Source of the DNA: a virus
Direction: 5' to 3' (one strand)
Virus record (IMG/VR): IMGVR_UViG_3300044941_000276
Location: 32,001-96,000 of that record
Length of the DNA: 64,000 bases
Part shown: one piece after another, positions 1-10,326 of the stretch
Numbering within the stretch: the first letter of the stretch is position 1
How the letters are laid out: each line of letters begins with the position of its first letter
Translations under genes and position numbers: made by a program
Notes under the pieces: generated by a model
Told to the model about the DNA's origin: nothing
Seen by the model: only the letters and a program-made list of their open reading frames with translations
The model's database searches: none

Positions 1-543
1 AGTACCATCCCATCCTTCTCTTTCAAACTCTCTTACCAATATCCCCGATGGATTATTAGCATACACACCACCATCAACAAGACACCCTCGGTTCCATTCA
101 TGACATCCAAAGAATGTTGGTGCAGCACAAGATGCTGCAATAGCATCTATTAAAAGTACATCTTTAAACTGTGGTTTATATGATTTAAAAAGAACTGGTT
201 CTCCTTTCACTGTATCGTAAGCAGTGAGAATCAATTTGATTTTTAAATCTCCTAATTTTACATCACCTATTACTTTTCTTAATTCTTCATATAAGTTTTG
301 AGTAGAATATTTAGCACTCAATGTTCCTGGTAGAAACCTTGATTTTTTAAAAGCTGAGGTAGCCAATTGATTATACAGTTGGGTAATCTCAGAAGGTTTC
401 TTACCAATGGCTAATAACCCAGCAATTATACTTCCTGTAGAAGTACCAGCAACTACATCCCAAGTCTCGTTTTCAAAAGCTTTTAGAGCTACGGTGGTAA
501 GTAATCCTCTTATACCGCCCCCATTTAATGATAATCCTTTCAT
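1..543 (-). CDS. Patatin-like phospholipase (partial, runs off window edge)
   Basis: Not in ORF track. Manual translation from ATG at 543 gives MKGLSLNGGGIRG...VAGTSTG...DAIAASCAAPTFF...LVDGGVYANNP, i.e. the Gly-rich loop, GxSxG nucleophile and DGG motifs. ATGA overlap with the upstream stop. Confidence 0.9.
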   Translation of the reverse strand, partial: MKGLSLNGGGIRGLLTTVALKAFENETWDVVAGTSTGSIIAGLLAIGKKPSEITQLYNQLATSAFKKSRFLPGTLSAKYSTQNLYEELRKVIGDVKLGDLKIKLILTAYDTVKGEPVLFKSYKPQFKDVLLIDAIAASCAAPTFFGCHEWNRGCLVDGGVYANNPSGILVREFEREGWDGT

Positions 544-1307
544 TCTATACCAATGTTAAATCCGTATCTTTTAATGTCTTTAATAATTTGTCTTTTATCG
601 GCTTCCGAGTTTTTTCTAATTTCTCTTAATGTTTTTAACACTTCTTTTTCTCTTACTTCTAATATTTGTAAAGTACGATTATTCAATTCGTTTGCTTGTT
701 TTATAGCCTCTAGCATTTGAATTTTAACTTCGTTTTGTTCAACTATAAACTCGGACATGCGTTTTCTATCCTTTTCGTACTCTCCAATATAATAGTCTTT
801 AATTAAATTTGATATCAGTCCTAAAAATACAATAAAACCAAATAATATTTGTATTATTCTAGAAGATAATATCGACCAAAGTCTTATGTTTTTCATAAGA
901 AGATATTTTCTACTTTTTTCTAATTCTTTCAACTCTTCATTTTTTTCTTTGTAGTTTTTTAAAAGTCTTCTTACTTGCGTTACATCAACAAATAATATGA
1001 AATATGCAGCGCTGTTAACTATCTGTGTTTTTATAATCACGTCACCTATTTCAGATTCGTAGCTATATACTTGTGTTTCACGAGTTTTTTCTACAATGTC
1101 AAGAAAAGTATTATACAAATCTCGAGGATAATCTTTTATATTTTCTAAATTATCAGGTGATATTTTAAAGTAATTTAATAAGAATATTCTGTATGCAATA
1201 TTCCAATAAAGAACGTCGTATGTTTCCTTATCTACTAAAAGAATAGGATTGGGATTATCGTTTAACGAACGCTCAAATATTTCGATATCTTTAACTCTAC
1301 TGTACAT
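540..1307 (-). CDS. PAS-like N-terminal domain + single TM helix + coiled coil membrane protein
   Basis: NDNPNPILLVDKETYDVLYWNIAY resembles a PAS start and YFILFVDVT a PAS end; hydrophobic IIQILFGFIVFLGLISNLI; heptad-rich C-terminus. Confidence 0.55.
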   Translation of the reverse strand: MYSRVKDIEIFERSLNDNPNPILLVDKETYDVLYWNIAYRIFLLNYFKISPDNLENIKDYPRDLYNTFLDIVEKTRETQVYSYESEIGDVIIKTQIVNSAAYFILFVDVTQVRRLLKNYKEKNEELKELEKSRKYLLMKNIRLWSILSSRIIQILFGFIVFLGLISNLIKDYYIGEYEKDRKRMSEFIVEQNEVKIQMLEAIKQANELNNRTLQILEVREKEVLKTLREIRKNSEADKRQIIKDIKRYGFNIGIE

Positions 1308-1726
1308 TAAATTCGAGTTTCAAAGTTATTATCTTCTAAGGCTTGATTAATATAATTAACCTCTTCTTGGCTAAACGGCTCATTCATAACAGGTAACAAC
1401 ATACTTAAAGCAAGTTGTAAGGCTTGTTCTGATGCGCCTGTTGTTTTGCCATCAGATAACACCCGCAACAAAAACATAGCCGCGTTGCCTGTTGAATTTA
1501 AAACCTTAGATACTATACCAAAGTTTTTATACAATTCTCTTTCAAGATTTAACCAATTATCACTTGTTAATTCTGGTCTTGGGGGTACGTATTCTTCATA
1601 CTCTTGCTCTACTTGCCTAACACTCATATTATTCTGTTGCGCATAACTGGTTGCATCAGCTTCTTGTAAAAATTGCGCAATGAAAGTATTATCTTCATTA
1701 TGCACTTCGTAAATTGTCCGTATCAT
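1307..1726 (-). CDS. Hypothetical protein, possible tail fibre chaperone
   Basis: 139-aa ORF translationally coupled downstream of the tail spike. Confidence 0.5.
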   Translation of the reverse strand: MIRTIYEVHNEDNTFIAQFLQEADATSYAQQNNMSVRQVEQEYEEYVPPRPELTSDNWLNLERELYKNFGIVSKVLNSTGNAAMFLLRVLSDGKTTGASEQALQLALSMLLPVMNEPFSQEEVNYINQALEDNNFETRI

Positions 1727-4617
1727 CGATTTGTTGTTTTTATAATAGCACTAAAATAATCTATATCTAAATTGCGTACAGCACCTGTTGTTGTTGTAAT
1801 TAAATTACCAAAGTGTAATAAGTCAGTACCATCTGGAATATTAGTTGTTATTGTAGCAACCAACTGATCATCTATTTTATATTTAATAGTATCACCATGT
1901 TTTTTAATTTCAAGTTTATAATATTGATTCTGTACCACTGGAATAAGTGTATCTACTTTTGTTTGAATACCATTATTTCTAGAAACAGCTTGCCAAGTAG
2001 TATCTGATTCTGTTTTTTCAAAATAAAAACTATGAGCGGGGTTAAGCGCGCCCCAGTTTGAAGAAGCTCCTATTTGAATTACAGTTGTAGCAACATCATC
2101 TACTAATCTCACTATCCATATATTAGATACATAATCGTTGTATGAAAAATTAGGAGCGTTAGTAGCACGACCCATATAAAATGAACATATTTGATTAGCT
2201 GTTGTACCGCTTGCTCTTCTGACAACCCCGGGTCTTCCTGTTTCAGCTGCGTTAGTGTTTGACATGGAACCGTTAGTAAATTGCCAATTGTATTGTCCAA
2301 TTTCACCTGTCTCAATACCACCTACCATGAAATCATCAGATAATACTTTAATTGTGTTAGGTGAATATCCATCAGAAGTACTTACTAACCCTGTGTTATT
2401 CTCTAAAATCCAAAATGTAGTGTCATCTTCAATTCCAACAATTCGATTTGTTGGTGATGCAAGACCTGAAAAGATATTATCAGTAATATGTCCACCGCCT
2501 TGAGTGGTAAAGACAACGTTAGGGTTAATTTCAATACCTATATTATTAACTCTAAAATCATTATCTGATATTTTAACAGTTCTAAATGTGCCAGAAGGAA
2601 TGTATAATATTCTTGCTGCGGTTTCATTAGCAAAATAGTTAGTCGATATACCTAAGTTTCTTACTTGTCCACTTATGGTCAAACCTCCTGACATATTAAC
2701 CGAGCATATATTATTATTGAAAGCTATAATGTTTCCTCCTTGAACAGTACCTATGCTACCCGATCCAATAATACACTCACGTATTTGCAAACTATCTAAA
2801 CCCTCTCTACCAATGAACTGTATTAAAGATCCGTTACTGTGAGATGTAAATATATTAGATATCGTAAGAGTTTGGTTTATTGATACTATTGCAGAGCCTG
2901 TTCCGGTGTAAATAATACCATCATCGGACTTATCATATCCTAATATAGTATTACTCTCATCAGCAATTATTTGACTATCGCCTAAATATATCAATCCTTT
3001 TAATATATAAGTGACTCTTGGTTTAAGTTTATAATTATTACCAACTCTTGGAAGTTGATTACCATTGGTTATTTCTTGTACTTTATCGGTAACATTTATT
3101 TTCTTATAACTTTTTACACCTTGTAGGGTTGATTTAATGATGACTTCGTTATCATAATATCTTCTTTTTAATATGTTGGGTGCGTGATGAATGTAAATAT
3201 TGGCTATTTTATGGTGACTTGTTGCATCAGGGTGTATGTTATCGGTATTTACTACATCAACTTGAGGTAACAATACATATTGGTTATAAGCCAACGTTAA
3301 ATAATTATTAAAAGGGTTTACATCTATAACACCCTCGTTTAATAACAAAGAAGGATATACTCGTACTCCCGACGCTGTTATAGTTGCGTATAGAGTATCG
3401 TAATTAATTTGAATATTAGGATTATTAAATCTTACGTCATTTGAACCAAGTGCTATGATAGCAGTAAGAGGTCGAGATTCAGGAATATTAATATTAAAAT
3501 ATCTTGAATTGTTTACAACCATCTGCAAATCAGATGCTGTGTTAGCAATACCTGATAGGACTACAGTTCTTGGATTATAGGTTTTAATAATACTCGTCCA
3601 TCTATTAGAAAAACTACCGCTATTATAACCCTTTACTTTACTATCACCAATTATAATCAAATCAGGTTTTTCAACTTCATTCACTTGATAAGAAAACTCA
3701 TAGATTTCAAAACTACCACCAAAAATCCATAAAGCTGGTGATCCCATATTAGGTAAAAAATAAGGATGACCAGTGGTCAATGGAAATGAGTATTGTACGG
3801 AACATTGATTATCAGTAGTCTCATTAAGCGATGTTACAGTAAACACTTGATCTCTTAACGATACTTCTACAGAAATCACATCGTTGTTTGATATTGGTAT
3901 AGTATTGGCTCCGCTGTCTGCAATGTTTACGTTAAAGTTACCATTTTGATTATGGGATATTATAGATCTTCCCAAAAAAGGATCAGCAGCTGTACCTACT
4001 CTACCTAATAATGAGTATTTTTCTACTTGACTCATGCTTTTTAATCCTACACCTATTCCAAATGTATTACCGCCTGGTGTAAAATTAACTCTTGCTCTTA
4101 CTTTAACACGCCATCGATCACTTGCTATATATTTGTCAAGTAGATTTAAATTAGCTACACTTTGATTCAAATTAAAAGAAGCGTGATTGTTTGTAATAGT
4201 CACTGTATTACCGGTAACTTGCCAACCATTGACCGTTTGATCAGTTAACATACTTGTTAAGTCACCGCCAACAACATTAACAGGTGAACACAGATTGTTT
4301 TCATCAAATCCTGAGCTGTATTGGTTGTCATCTATTGGATAGTATACATTTCCTAATCCGTCCCTGATTAAATCATCGTTTACTACTTCAGGAAGTGGCG
4401 AATAACTTTCAAAAACATCAGTGGCGTTATTAGATTTCAGTAGTTGATAATTACCTCCTGTCCAATAGTAATTTTGATTACTTGATGCGTCTATATATAT
4501 CTTCCCCGACTCTCCAGGTATTGGAAACTGGTTAATATCGGGGTAGGTGAATACTTCTTCATTTGCTTCACTTGCAAAATCAAGATTTCCAGTGAAAGGA
4601 TTAAATTTATACGCCAT
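1723..4617 (-). CDS. Tail spike/fibre with SGNH(GDSL) esterase, beta-helix and lectin-like domains
   Basis: IIIGDSK, LGSND and DNIHPD SGNH blocks; Asn/Ile/Gly ladder typical of a parallel beta-helix; beta-rich C-terminus. Confidence 0.75.
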   Translation of the reverse strand: MAYKFNPFTGNLDFASEANEEVFTYPDINQFPIPGESGKIYIDASSNQNYYWTGGNYQLLKSNNATDVFESYSPLPEVVNDDLIRDGLGNVYYPIDDNQYSSGFDENNLCSPVNVVGGDLTSMLTDQTVNGWQVTGNTVTITNNHASFNLNQSVANLNLLDKYIASDRWRVKVRARVNFTPGGNTFGIGVGLKSMSQVEKYSLLGRVGTAADPFLGRSIISHNQNGNFNVNIADSGANTIPISNNDVISVEVSLRDQVFTVTSLNETTDNQCSVQYSFPLTTGHPYFLPNMGSPALWIFGGSFEIYEFSYQVNEVEKPDLIIIGDSKVKGYNSGSFSNRWTSIIKTYNPRTVVLSGIANTASDLQMVVNNSRYFNINIPESRPLTAIIALGSNDVRFNNPNIQINYDTLYATITASGVRVYPSLLLNEGVIDVNPFNNYLTLAYNQYVLLPQVDVVNTDNIHPDATSHHKIANIYIHHAPNILKRRYYDNEVIIKSTLQGVKSYKKINVTDKVQEITNGNQLPRVGNNYKLKPRVTYILKGLIYLGDSQIIADESNTILGYDKSDDGIIYTGTGSAIVSINQTLTISNIFTSHSNGSLIQFIGREGLDSLQIRECIIGSGSIGTVQGGNIIAFNNNICSVNMSGGLTISGQVRNLGISTNYFANETAARILYIPSGTFRTVKISDNDFRVNNIGIEINPNVVFTTQGGGHITDNIFSGLASPTNRIVGIEDDTTFWILENNTGLVSTSDGYSPNTIKVLSDDFMVGGIETGEIGQYNWQFTNGSMSNTNAAETGRPGVVRRASGTTANQICSFYMGRATNAPNFSYNDYVSNIWIVRLVDDVATTVIQIGASSNWGALNPAHSFYFEKTESDTTWQAVSRNNGIQTKVDTLIPVVQNQYYKLEIKKHGDTIKYKIDDQLVATITTNIPDGTDLLHFGNLITTTTGAVRNLDIDYFSAIIKTTNR

Positions 4618-4621
4618 AATA

Positions 4622-4945
4622 TTAATTGTTTAAAGTTGCAAAAAAACCAAGAGTTTTTGATAAATTAGACTCAGGGTTATTTAATAACAGCGATGCTTGT
4701 TGAGCCAATAAAGTTCTAATTGCTTGTCCAGCCTCACTATTATACCAATTGTTAAAATCTTCACCAGTATCGTTACCAGTAACCAGTTCTGTTTTTATTA
4801 CATTATTATCTTGATCTACTATCTCAAGTAACCAAGGTGTTGTAATAATAGGTTGTTGTGTACCTATATACAACTCATTTAATACAAGATTTACTTGAAA
4901 GCCTTGTATAGTAGTAGCTATGTTATTTATTCTTACTAAGTTCAT
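4622..4945 (-). CDS. Hypothetical protein between two fibre genes
   Basis: 107-aa ORF in operon. Confidence 0.55.
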   Translation of the reverse strand: MNLVRINNIATTIQGFQVNLVLNELYIGTQQPIITTPWLLEIVDQDNNVIKTELVTGNDTGEDFNNWYNSEAGQAIRTLLAQQASLLLNNPESNLSKTLGFFATLNN

Positions 4946-4965
4946 AGTTTTATTTTTTTTAAAAA

Positions 4966-7900
4966 TTAATGTAAATTAACCCATCCTGAATTGGTATAAC
5001 CTTGAAATTTGTTATCTGTAGTGTTGTAAATCATCATTCCAATATCAGTTGTAGCGTTCCAAGCCACAGCATTTCTTTCGGCAGTTGTAAGACGTGGTAA
5101 TTGGAAACCGCGATTAGTTGAATTTACTTCTAGTTGTGCACGCGGATTAATACTTGTAATATTACCAACTATTATTCGCGGTATTGATAAAAAACCATTA
5201 GTTCCAAACTCCAACCATCCATTATCGTATAATTGCATTAATAATGTACCAGCTGAATTTTCCAATCTTTGTGTGATTGTACCTTGTGTTGCACCGAAAC
5301 CCCGAATAAAAACGCGAACACCTGATAATGTCAATGTTGTACCAAAACTAAATCGGCCATCGTTGCTAATGGCTTGTCTTATAATGTTGTTAGTTTTAAA
5401 CATTAAGGCCGTGTTCTCAATAGAGCCAATAATTATGCTTGTGGTTGGGCCAAAATTGTTACCGTTTTGTAAGATTGCATTAGTTATATTAAAAGTAGTC
5501 AATGTAGCTGATAGGTTACCGCTAGAATCAGCAACAACAATACGATTACCTGATCCTGCAAGATTGGCTATATTAACACCTCCGCCTGAATTTATTGTAA
5601 TTCGTGGAGTGTTATTGGTTTCTATAATTACAGGATGGTTATCATTGCTTCCGATTGTTATAGTTGTACCAAAACTGTTACCGTTTTGCAGAATAGAATT
5701 TGTTATGTTAGTTATACTTGTAACATCTATCGTAGCAGACAAATCACCGCTATCATTAGCTACAACAACTCTATTGCCAACTCCTGAAAGATTTCCAACA
5801 TTAACGTTACCACCAGAACCCACTGTAAAACGCGGAATATTGTTAGTTTTAATGATTACAGATTGTGAATCATTAGAACCAATAACTACATTGGTTCCGA
5901 AACTATTTCCATTTTGAAGTATAACTTGGTTAAGATCAACAGTGGTGTTGATGCTCATTGAGTTGTTAGTGTCATCGTAACTGACTGTAACTCCACTATG
6001 ACTACCAGCGGCAAATAATTGTCCAACAATGTCTTGTATAAACTCTGCGTCAACAGGAATTTGGGTATTTTCAATTAATATCTCGCCCGATATATCGTTA
6101 TAAGTTACACTGATACCTGTACCTGCTGTTAATGAAGCGCCTACAACATCTTGAACGGCTTCTTCAAAGTCTGTTATATCGTTGGATACGTGAGTATGGT
6201 TAATATCGGCTTTATTATTCAAAGCAGGTTGTAAACCTACTATATCAGATATACCGTGGGTGTGTATTGTTAATTGAGAATTTGGTAATCTTCCTGATGA
6301 ATCAAGACTTGCATAACCATTGGGTTGTCCTTTTTGGGATGTCAACTGATAATTAGATAACAAATTAATCAAGTCAAGTTGATTAATTATGTTACCGTTT
6401 ATCTGACCCCATACAGCATTAGGGGCTGTTAGTGTAGTAGTCGTAACGCCTGTTACTATACCTCTATCATTTACAGTGATAACAGGAATAAGTGTAGAGC
6501 TACCATAAGTTCCAGGTGTTACGGTAGATATAGGTAAATCATTATTTACAAGTGCTCTAAATAAAGGTTGATTTGAAGGTGGACTTATAGGGCCAGCAAA
6601 TACAGTGTTAGGTGTTTGATTACCAAATGTAGGTGTTACAACAGCAAATTGTCCATCTCCTCTTAAAAATGTATTGGGTTGAGGATTAACACCTAATCTT
6701 GCTACATTGATTATACCTGTGGTTATATGACTACCATCATGATTGTGAACAGGTATGTCACTTGAAGATAAAAATGTACCTGTTACAATTCTACCTTTAC
6801 TGTCTACCGATACTTTTGTATAAGTACCTGCTGTAACCCCTGTGGGTTGTAATACCGCATCGATTTGATTTAATGTATCGTTGTATCTAAATTCAATTTC
6901 TGATGAATCGATTAATGCGTTGCCCACTGCATCTTGCGCAGCTTCTGTAAAGTCGGTTACTTGAGAAGCGTTTATTGTTGCTGCTGCCCAATTAATATTA
7001 ACCAATCCTACATTAACTACTCTTCCTTTTACGTCGGTAGTGATAACAGGTATGGTCGATCCATCGCCATATGTACCTAAGGTTCCAACATTTGTAAGAT
7101 CTGCTAATATTTGATTAGTTACAGGATTCCAAGTTAAAGCTATGTTAGATGTATTTCCAACACTTGTAGATAAAACGTTCCTGACACCAGTTACAAAATC
7201 AGCTATCTGTGCTGTAACAATATTAATATTAACATTACTCGCAGCTGTTAATCTACCTTGTGAGTTCACTGTAAAAGTTGGTATGGTTGATTGACTTCCA
7301 TAAGTACCACTTGTTACAGGCGTATTGGGTATTTCAATTGTTGTTAATCCGCTGGGGTCATCATAACTTATATTTAAAGTTGTTGAATTTAAAGATGTTC
7401 CAATAATATCTTGTACATCTTCAATGAAGTTAGGATTACCTGTTATAGATGTAGTGGTTATAGACGTTACTCTACCATATTGATCTATTGTTATGATTGG
7501 AAAGTTAGAACTATTACCATAAGTGCCAGCTGTTGTCAATGTAGGCAAATCTATCGTTCCACCGGTTACATCCAATGTACTCGATGTGATAATAGTTGGA
7601 AAATTATTGGTTATGTATGATACTAGATCACCAACTTGACTTGCTGATATCTGTATTGGTTGCGATGTTACATTTGTAACTCTACCTCTATCATCAGTGG
7701 TTATCGTTAATGTTTGATCAACATCTCCCACAGTGGTTGCTGTACCAATAACTGGTAATGAAAAAGTAAGCGATGTGGTATTATCAGTAATAGTTATACT
7801 ACCATCACTCAATAACCGATTGAACAGTTGAGGTACAAGGGTATCACCAAAGTCAGTTGATTGTAAAAAGTTAAATAATTTTAATGGTGTTACAGCTGCA

Positions 7901-8235
7901 TCGTCCACAGAACCCTGTTCTGTTTCTGCAATGGTTGCCACTCTTATACTACCATATATAATTTCAGTGGCCAAAGGTATTGTTACAGTACCATTGGGGA
8001 TAATTTCCCAACCATTAACTGTATATAAAACAATATCACCTATGACAACAGGTTCACCACCAACAGTACCGTCATTATCAGCTACTAACCACGCTTGGTT
8101 AGGTAAAGGTGTAGGTGTTGGAAACCCAGGGTTTAAATTTGCGTTTCTAATTACACCTACAAATTGTATACCTGTGATTAAACCTGATACACGGTCTAAG
8201 TTTTCTACGAAAGGGTTAAATATATACTGACTCAT
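4966..8235 (-). CDS. Long tail fibre protein
   Basis: Repeated GTYG..IP.ITVD..GRVT units, HxH motifs, F.E.VQD.VG repeats, three ILQNGN(S/N)FG repeats and C-terminal GFQLPRLTTAERNA...GMMIYNT typical of Bacteroidota phage fibres. Confidence 0.8.
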   Translation of the reverse strand: MSQYIFNPFVENLDRVSGLITGIQFVGVIRNANLNPGFPTPTPLPNQAWLVADNDGTVGGEPVVIGDIVLYTVNGWEIIPNGTVTIPLATEIIYGSIRVATIAETEQGSVDDAAVTPLKLFNFLQSTDFGDTLVPQLFNRLLSDGSITITDNTTSLTFSLPVIGTATTVGDVDQTLTITTDDRGRVTNVTSQPIQISASQVGDLVSYITNNFPTIITSSTLDVTGGTIDLPTLTTAGTYGNSSNFPIITIDQYGRVTSITTTSITGNPNFIEDVQDIIGTSLNSTTLNISYDDPSGLTTIEIPNTPVTSGTYGSQSTIPTFTVNSQGRLTAASNVNINIVTAQIADFVTGVRNVLSTSVGNTSNIALTWNPVTNQILADLTNVGTLGTYGDGSTIPVITTDVKGRVVNVGLVNINWAAATINASQVTDFTEAAQDAVGNALIDSSEIEFRYNDTLNQIDAVLQPTGVTAGTYTKVSVDSKGRIVTGTFLSSSDIPVHNHDGSHITTGIINVARLGVNPQPNTFLRGDGQFAVVTPTFGNQTPNTVFAGPISPPSNQPLFRALVNNDLPISTVTPGTYGSSTLIPVITVNDRGIVTGVTTTTLTAPNAVWGQINGNIINQLDLINLLSNYQLTSQKGQPNGYASLDSSGRLPNSQLTIHTHGISDIVGLQPALNNKADINHTHVSNDITDFEEAVQDVVGASLTAGTGISVTYNDISGEILIENTQIPVDAEFIQDIVGQLFAAGSHSGVTVSYDDTNNSMSINTTVDLNQVILQNGNSFGTNVVIGSNDSQSVIIKTNNIPRFTVGSGGNVNVGNLSGVGNRVVVANDSGDLSATIDVTSITNITNSILQNGNSFGTTITIGSNDNHPVIIETNNTPRITINSGGGVNIANLAGSGNRIVVADSSGNLSATLTTFNITNAILQNGNNFGPTTSIIIGSIENTALMFKTNNIIRQAISNDGRFSFGTTLTLSGVRVFIRGFGATQGTITQRLENSAGTLLMQLYDNGWLEFGTNGFLSIPRIIVGNITSINPRAQLEVNSTNRGFQLPRLTTAERNAVAWNATTDIGMMIYNTTDNKFQGYTNSGWVNLH

Positions 8236-8264
8236 AATCTTATTATTTGATATCGAATATAAAA

Positions 8265-8297
8265 AAAAGTTACAAGGATGTTTACCTTGTAACTTTT
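8265..8297 (-). terminator. Intrinsic terminator
   Basis: AAAAGTTACAAGG-atgttta-CCTTGTAACTTTT hairpin; the A-run on its left is a U-tract on the minus strand after ORF 8319-8786. Confidence 0.65.
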
Positions 8298-8318
8298 AAA
8301 TCCAAAATGTTTATTTGG

Positions 8319-8786
8319 TTATGAATAAACAAGTGAAAGATAATTATTAAATACAAAGTTTGGTAGGAGAGTCCCTCCTGCATATGTTGTAGTAACATTA
8401 CCTGACGCTGTTTCGACTGTTCTAGCAACTCTCCAACCTGTAGATCCTGGGGCAGTTCCAGGTAAAGCCCAGCCTCTATAATAAGTAACATCTCCTACAT
8501 TTGGCGTATCGGCTAATCTAATAACTCTAAGTAATTCTAAAGGATCAGTAGATACATGAAGTCTACCTGTATTATCAGTCTTAAGAGGCTGATAATTATT
8601 ATCACCAGACGTTGTAACAGTAGGTATAGTTGAACGTACGGTAAATATGGGTACGCCCGTATCACTTATTGTAGATGGAGTGTTACCTGATTTTATAAGA
8701 TTTTCGAGTATCGAAGATACATTACCACTTTTTAATTGAAGTTCAAGTAATATATCTATTACCCGTTGAGCGTTAAATTCTGTCAT
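8319..8786 (-). CDS. Putative virion structural protein
   Basis: LKTDNTGRLHV and YYRGWALPG...WRVAR segments typical of small phage structural proteins. Confidence 0.55.
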   Translation of the reverse strand: MTEFNAQRVIDILLELQLKSGNVSSILENLIKSGNTPSTISDTGVPIFTVRSTIPTVTTSGDNNYQPLKTDNTGRLHVSTDPLELLRVIRLADTPNVGDVTYYRGWALPGTAPGSTGWRVARTVETASGNVTTTYAGGTLLPNFVFNNYLSLVYS

Positions 8787-8800
8787 GATTATTTAAGAAA

Positions 8801-9127
8801 TTAATCTTGATAGTCCATGTAGTCATAATCTACTTTTCCTCCCATACCCATGGCGGGCTGTTCTTCTTGAGCAGCGGGTTCTCGTTTACTTGAAGTTTGT
8901 CCAGCTTGACCTTGTACAAATTCTACAAGCATTTCACAAGCTTCCATTGCCAAGTCGCTATTCTTTTCTTCTACAGCTTGCATTGCCATCATTACAATGT
9001 CTTCCATAGGATTTTTTTCAGTATCGGGAGTACCTTCTTCAAGAGGCATTAAAGCTCCACCACTTTGATATAAACCAAGTACATGAAGAGGTACATATGG
9101 CGCTTGATCGTTATTTTTTACAAACAT
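8801..9127 (-). CDS. Putative internal cargo protein (acidic, Met/Gln-rich)
   Basis: Likely start MFVKN at 9127; contains YQSGG motif. Confidence 0.6.
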   Translation of the reverse strand: MFVKNNDQAPYVPLHVLGLYQSGGALMPLEEGTPDTEKNPMEDIVMMAMQAVEEKNSDLAMEACEMLVEFVQGQAGQTSSKREPAAQEEQPAMGMGGKVDYDYMDYQD

Positions 9128-9149
9128 GTTTATAATTGATTTTATTTTA

Positions 9150-9392
9150 CTAATTTTTAACGTATTCTTTTTTTCTTGCACGCTGTTTCATTCTAACTTG
9201 GTGCATATATTTTCCTAAATTTATAAAATCATCTTCAGATGAAGCTGATTTTGCCATTTCAATAAGCTTTTTAGTTTCTACTCTTGATATAACTAATTCC
9301 CCTCCTCTTAGATACATTTGAGGATTTCCGTTATGATCAAGAAGTACCATATTAGCCCCCGGTGGCTTTAATAAGTTTTTTTTTGATTTCAT
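9150..9392 (-). CDS. Hypothetical protein (cargo cluster)
   Basis: 80-aa basic ORF with LRGGE. Confidence 0.6.
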   Translation of the reverse strand: MKSKKNLLKPPGANMVLLDHNGNPQMYLRGGELVISRVETKKLIEMAKSASSEDDFINLGKYMHQVRMKQRARKKEYVKN

Positions 9393-9666
9393 TTATAGTA
9401 TTGTTATTAAAAAACGGATAAGTTTCTATAGCATAATACGCATCATATTCTTCTACTTTTTGATTAGGTTTCATATAGTAACTAGTTATAACTTGAAAAT
9501 CTTTGTCAGTAAATATAACTTTTATAGGGAATTTCATTCCCGATGTATGAATATGTTTTGTGTTGGGAAAAACAAATATTTCATTGGGTGATATTTTACT
9601 ATGACCTAACAAACCCTTTTTCTTTTCTTCGATGGTATTAAATACTGTAATTTTAAAGTCTCTCAT
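9352..9666 (-). CDS. DUF192 family protein
   Basis: KGLLG..IFVFP..IHTSGMKFPIKVIFTD..YAIE pattern; likely start at the 9666 ATGA overlap. Confidence 0.7.
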   Translation of the reverse strand: MRDFKITVFNTIEEKKKGLLGHSKISPNEIFVFPNTKHIHTSGMKFPIKVIFTDKDFQVITSYYMKPNQKVEEYDAYYAIETYPFFNNNTINEIKKKLIKATGG

Positions 9667-10022
9667 CGTTTTAACAAACAAACTCCGTTAATATCACATT
9701 GATTATCTGACAAATTATCTATAACAAACTTAGTCAATTTTCCAAGTTGCAATAGTACCATAGGACATTTACAATCATTATACTCATCAACTAAGCGATT
9801 TATTTCTTTTGCGTAGTTATCCCTGATAATAATTTCACCTACTTCTATTTCAGCAATTTTAAGTTGATTATCGTATCGAGTTGTTTCTATTGGTACTAAA
9901 GGGATACCTTTGTCACCAATGTTATTCCTTTCTCTATGCAATACACCTGCAGTAATTATACCGCCAATCTCATATTTTCGTTTCAGTGTACTAGTAATAT
10001 TTTTAAATACCAATCCCCCCAT
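9663..10022 (-). CDS. Hypothetical protein (cargo cluster)
   Basis: GVLH..KGIP..AEIEVGEII; starts MGGLVFK and contains YEIGG. Confidence 0.6.
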   Translation of the reverse strand: MGGLVFKNITSTLKRKYEIGGIITAGVLHRERNNIGDKGIPLVPIETTRYDNQLKIAEIEVGEIIIRDNYAKEINRLVDEYNDCKCPMVLLQLGKLTKFVIDNLSDNQCDINGVCLLKR

Positions 10023-10052
10023 TGCGAACTATAATGATTTTTTATAAATTTG
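10022..10052 (+). promoter_or_regulatory. Bacteroidota housekeeping-sigma promoter (-33 TTG / -7 TAnnTTTG)
   Basis: TTG at 10022, 20-nt spacer, TAAATTTG at 10045-10052, upstream of ATG 10080. Confidence 0.65.
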
Positions 10053-10079
10053 TATGTAATAATTAATCGACACAAATAT

Positions 10080-10325
10080 ATGAAAACTTTAATTTTAACA
10101 ACTATATTATTTATTTCTTCTTCAGTTATAGAATTATATTATAACGCTATTAATGTTTATCGTCTTTTAAATGATCAGAATGAACTATACTATGCTGAAA
10201 ACATGGATACAAAAGGTATTGAGCCAATAGTAGCAGAAGAATTTGACATTGATGATCGCTATTTAAAAGATGCCGATAGCGTAAAGATAGTTTATGATTC
10301 TGTGTTTTATGTTTATTTGAAGTAA
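10080..10325 (+). CDS. Small exported/membrane protein
   Basis: ATG at 10080, MKTLILTTILFISSS signal-peptide-like; opposite strand to flanking operon. Confidence 0.65.
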   Translation: MKTLILTTILFISSSVIELYYNAINVYRLLNDQNELYYAENMDTKGIEPIVAEEFDIDDRYLKDADSVKIVYDSVFYVYLK

Positions 10326-10326
10326 T

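Noticed and set aside
5273-5917. 214-aa plus-strand ORF and similar antisense ORFs (14453, 35118, 38581, 54564 and others)
   Set aside because: Shadows of repetitive or well-supported genes on the opposite strand, without independent signals.
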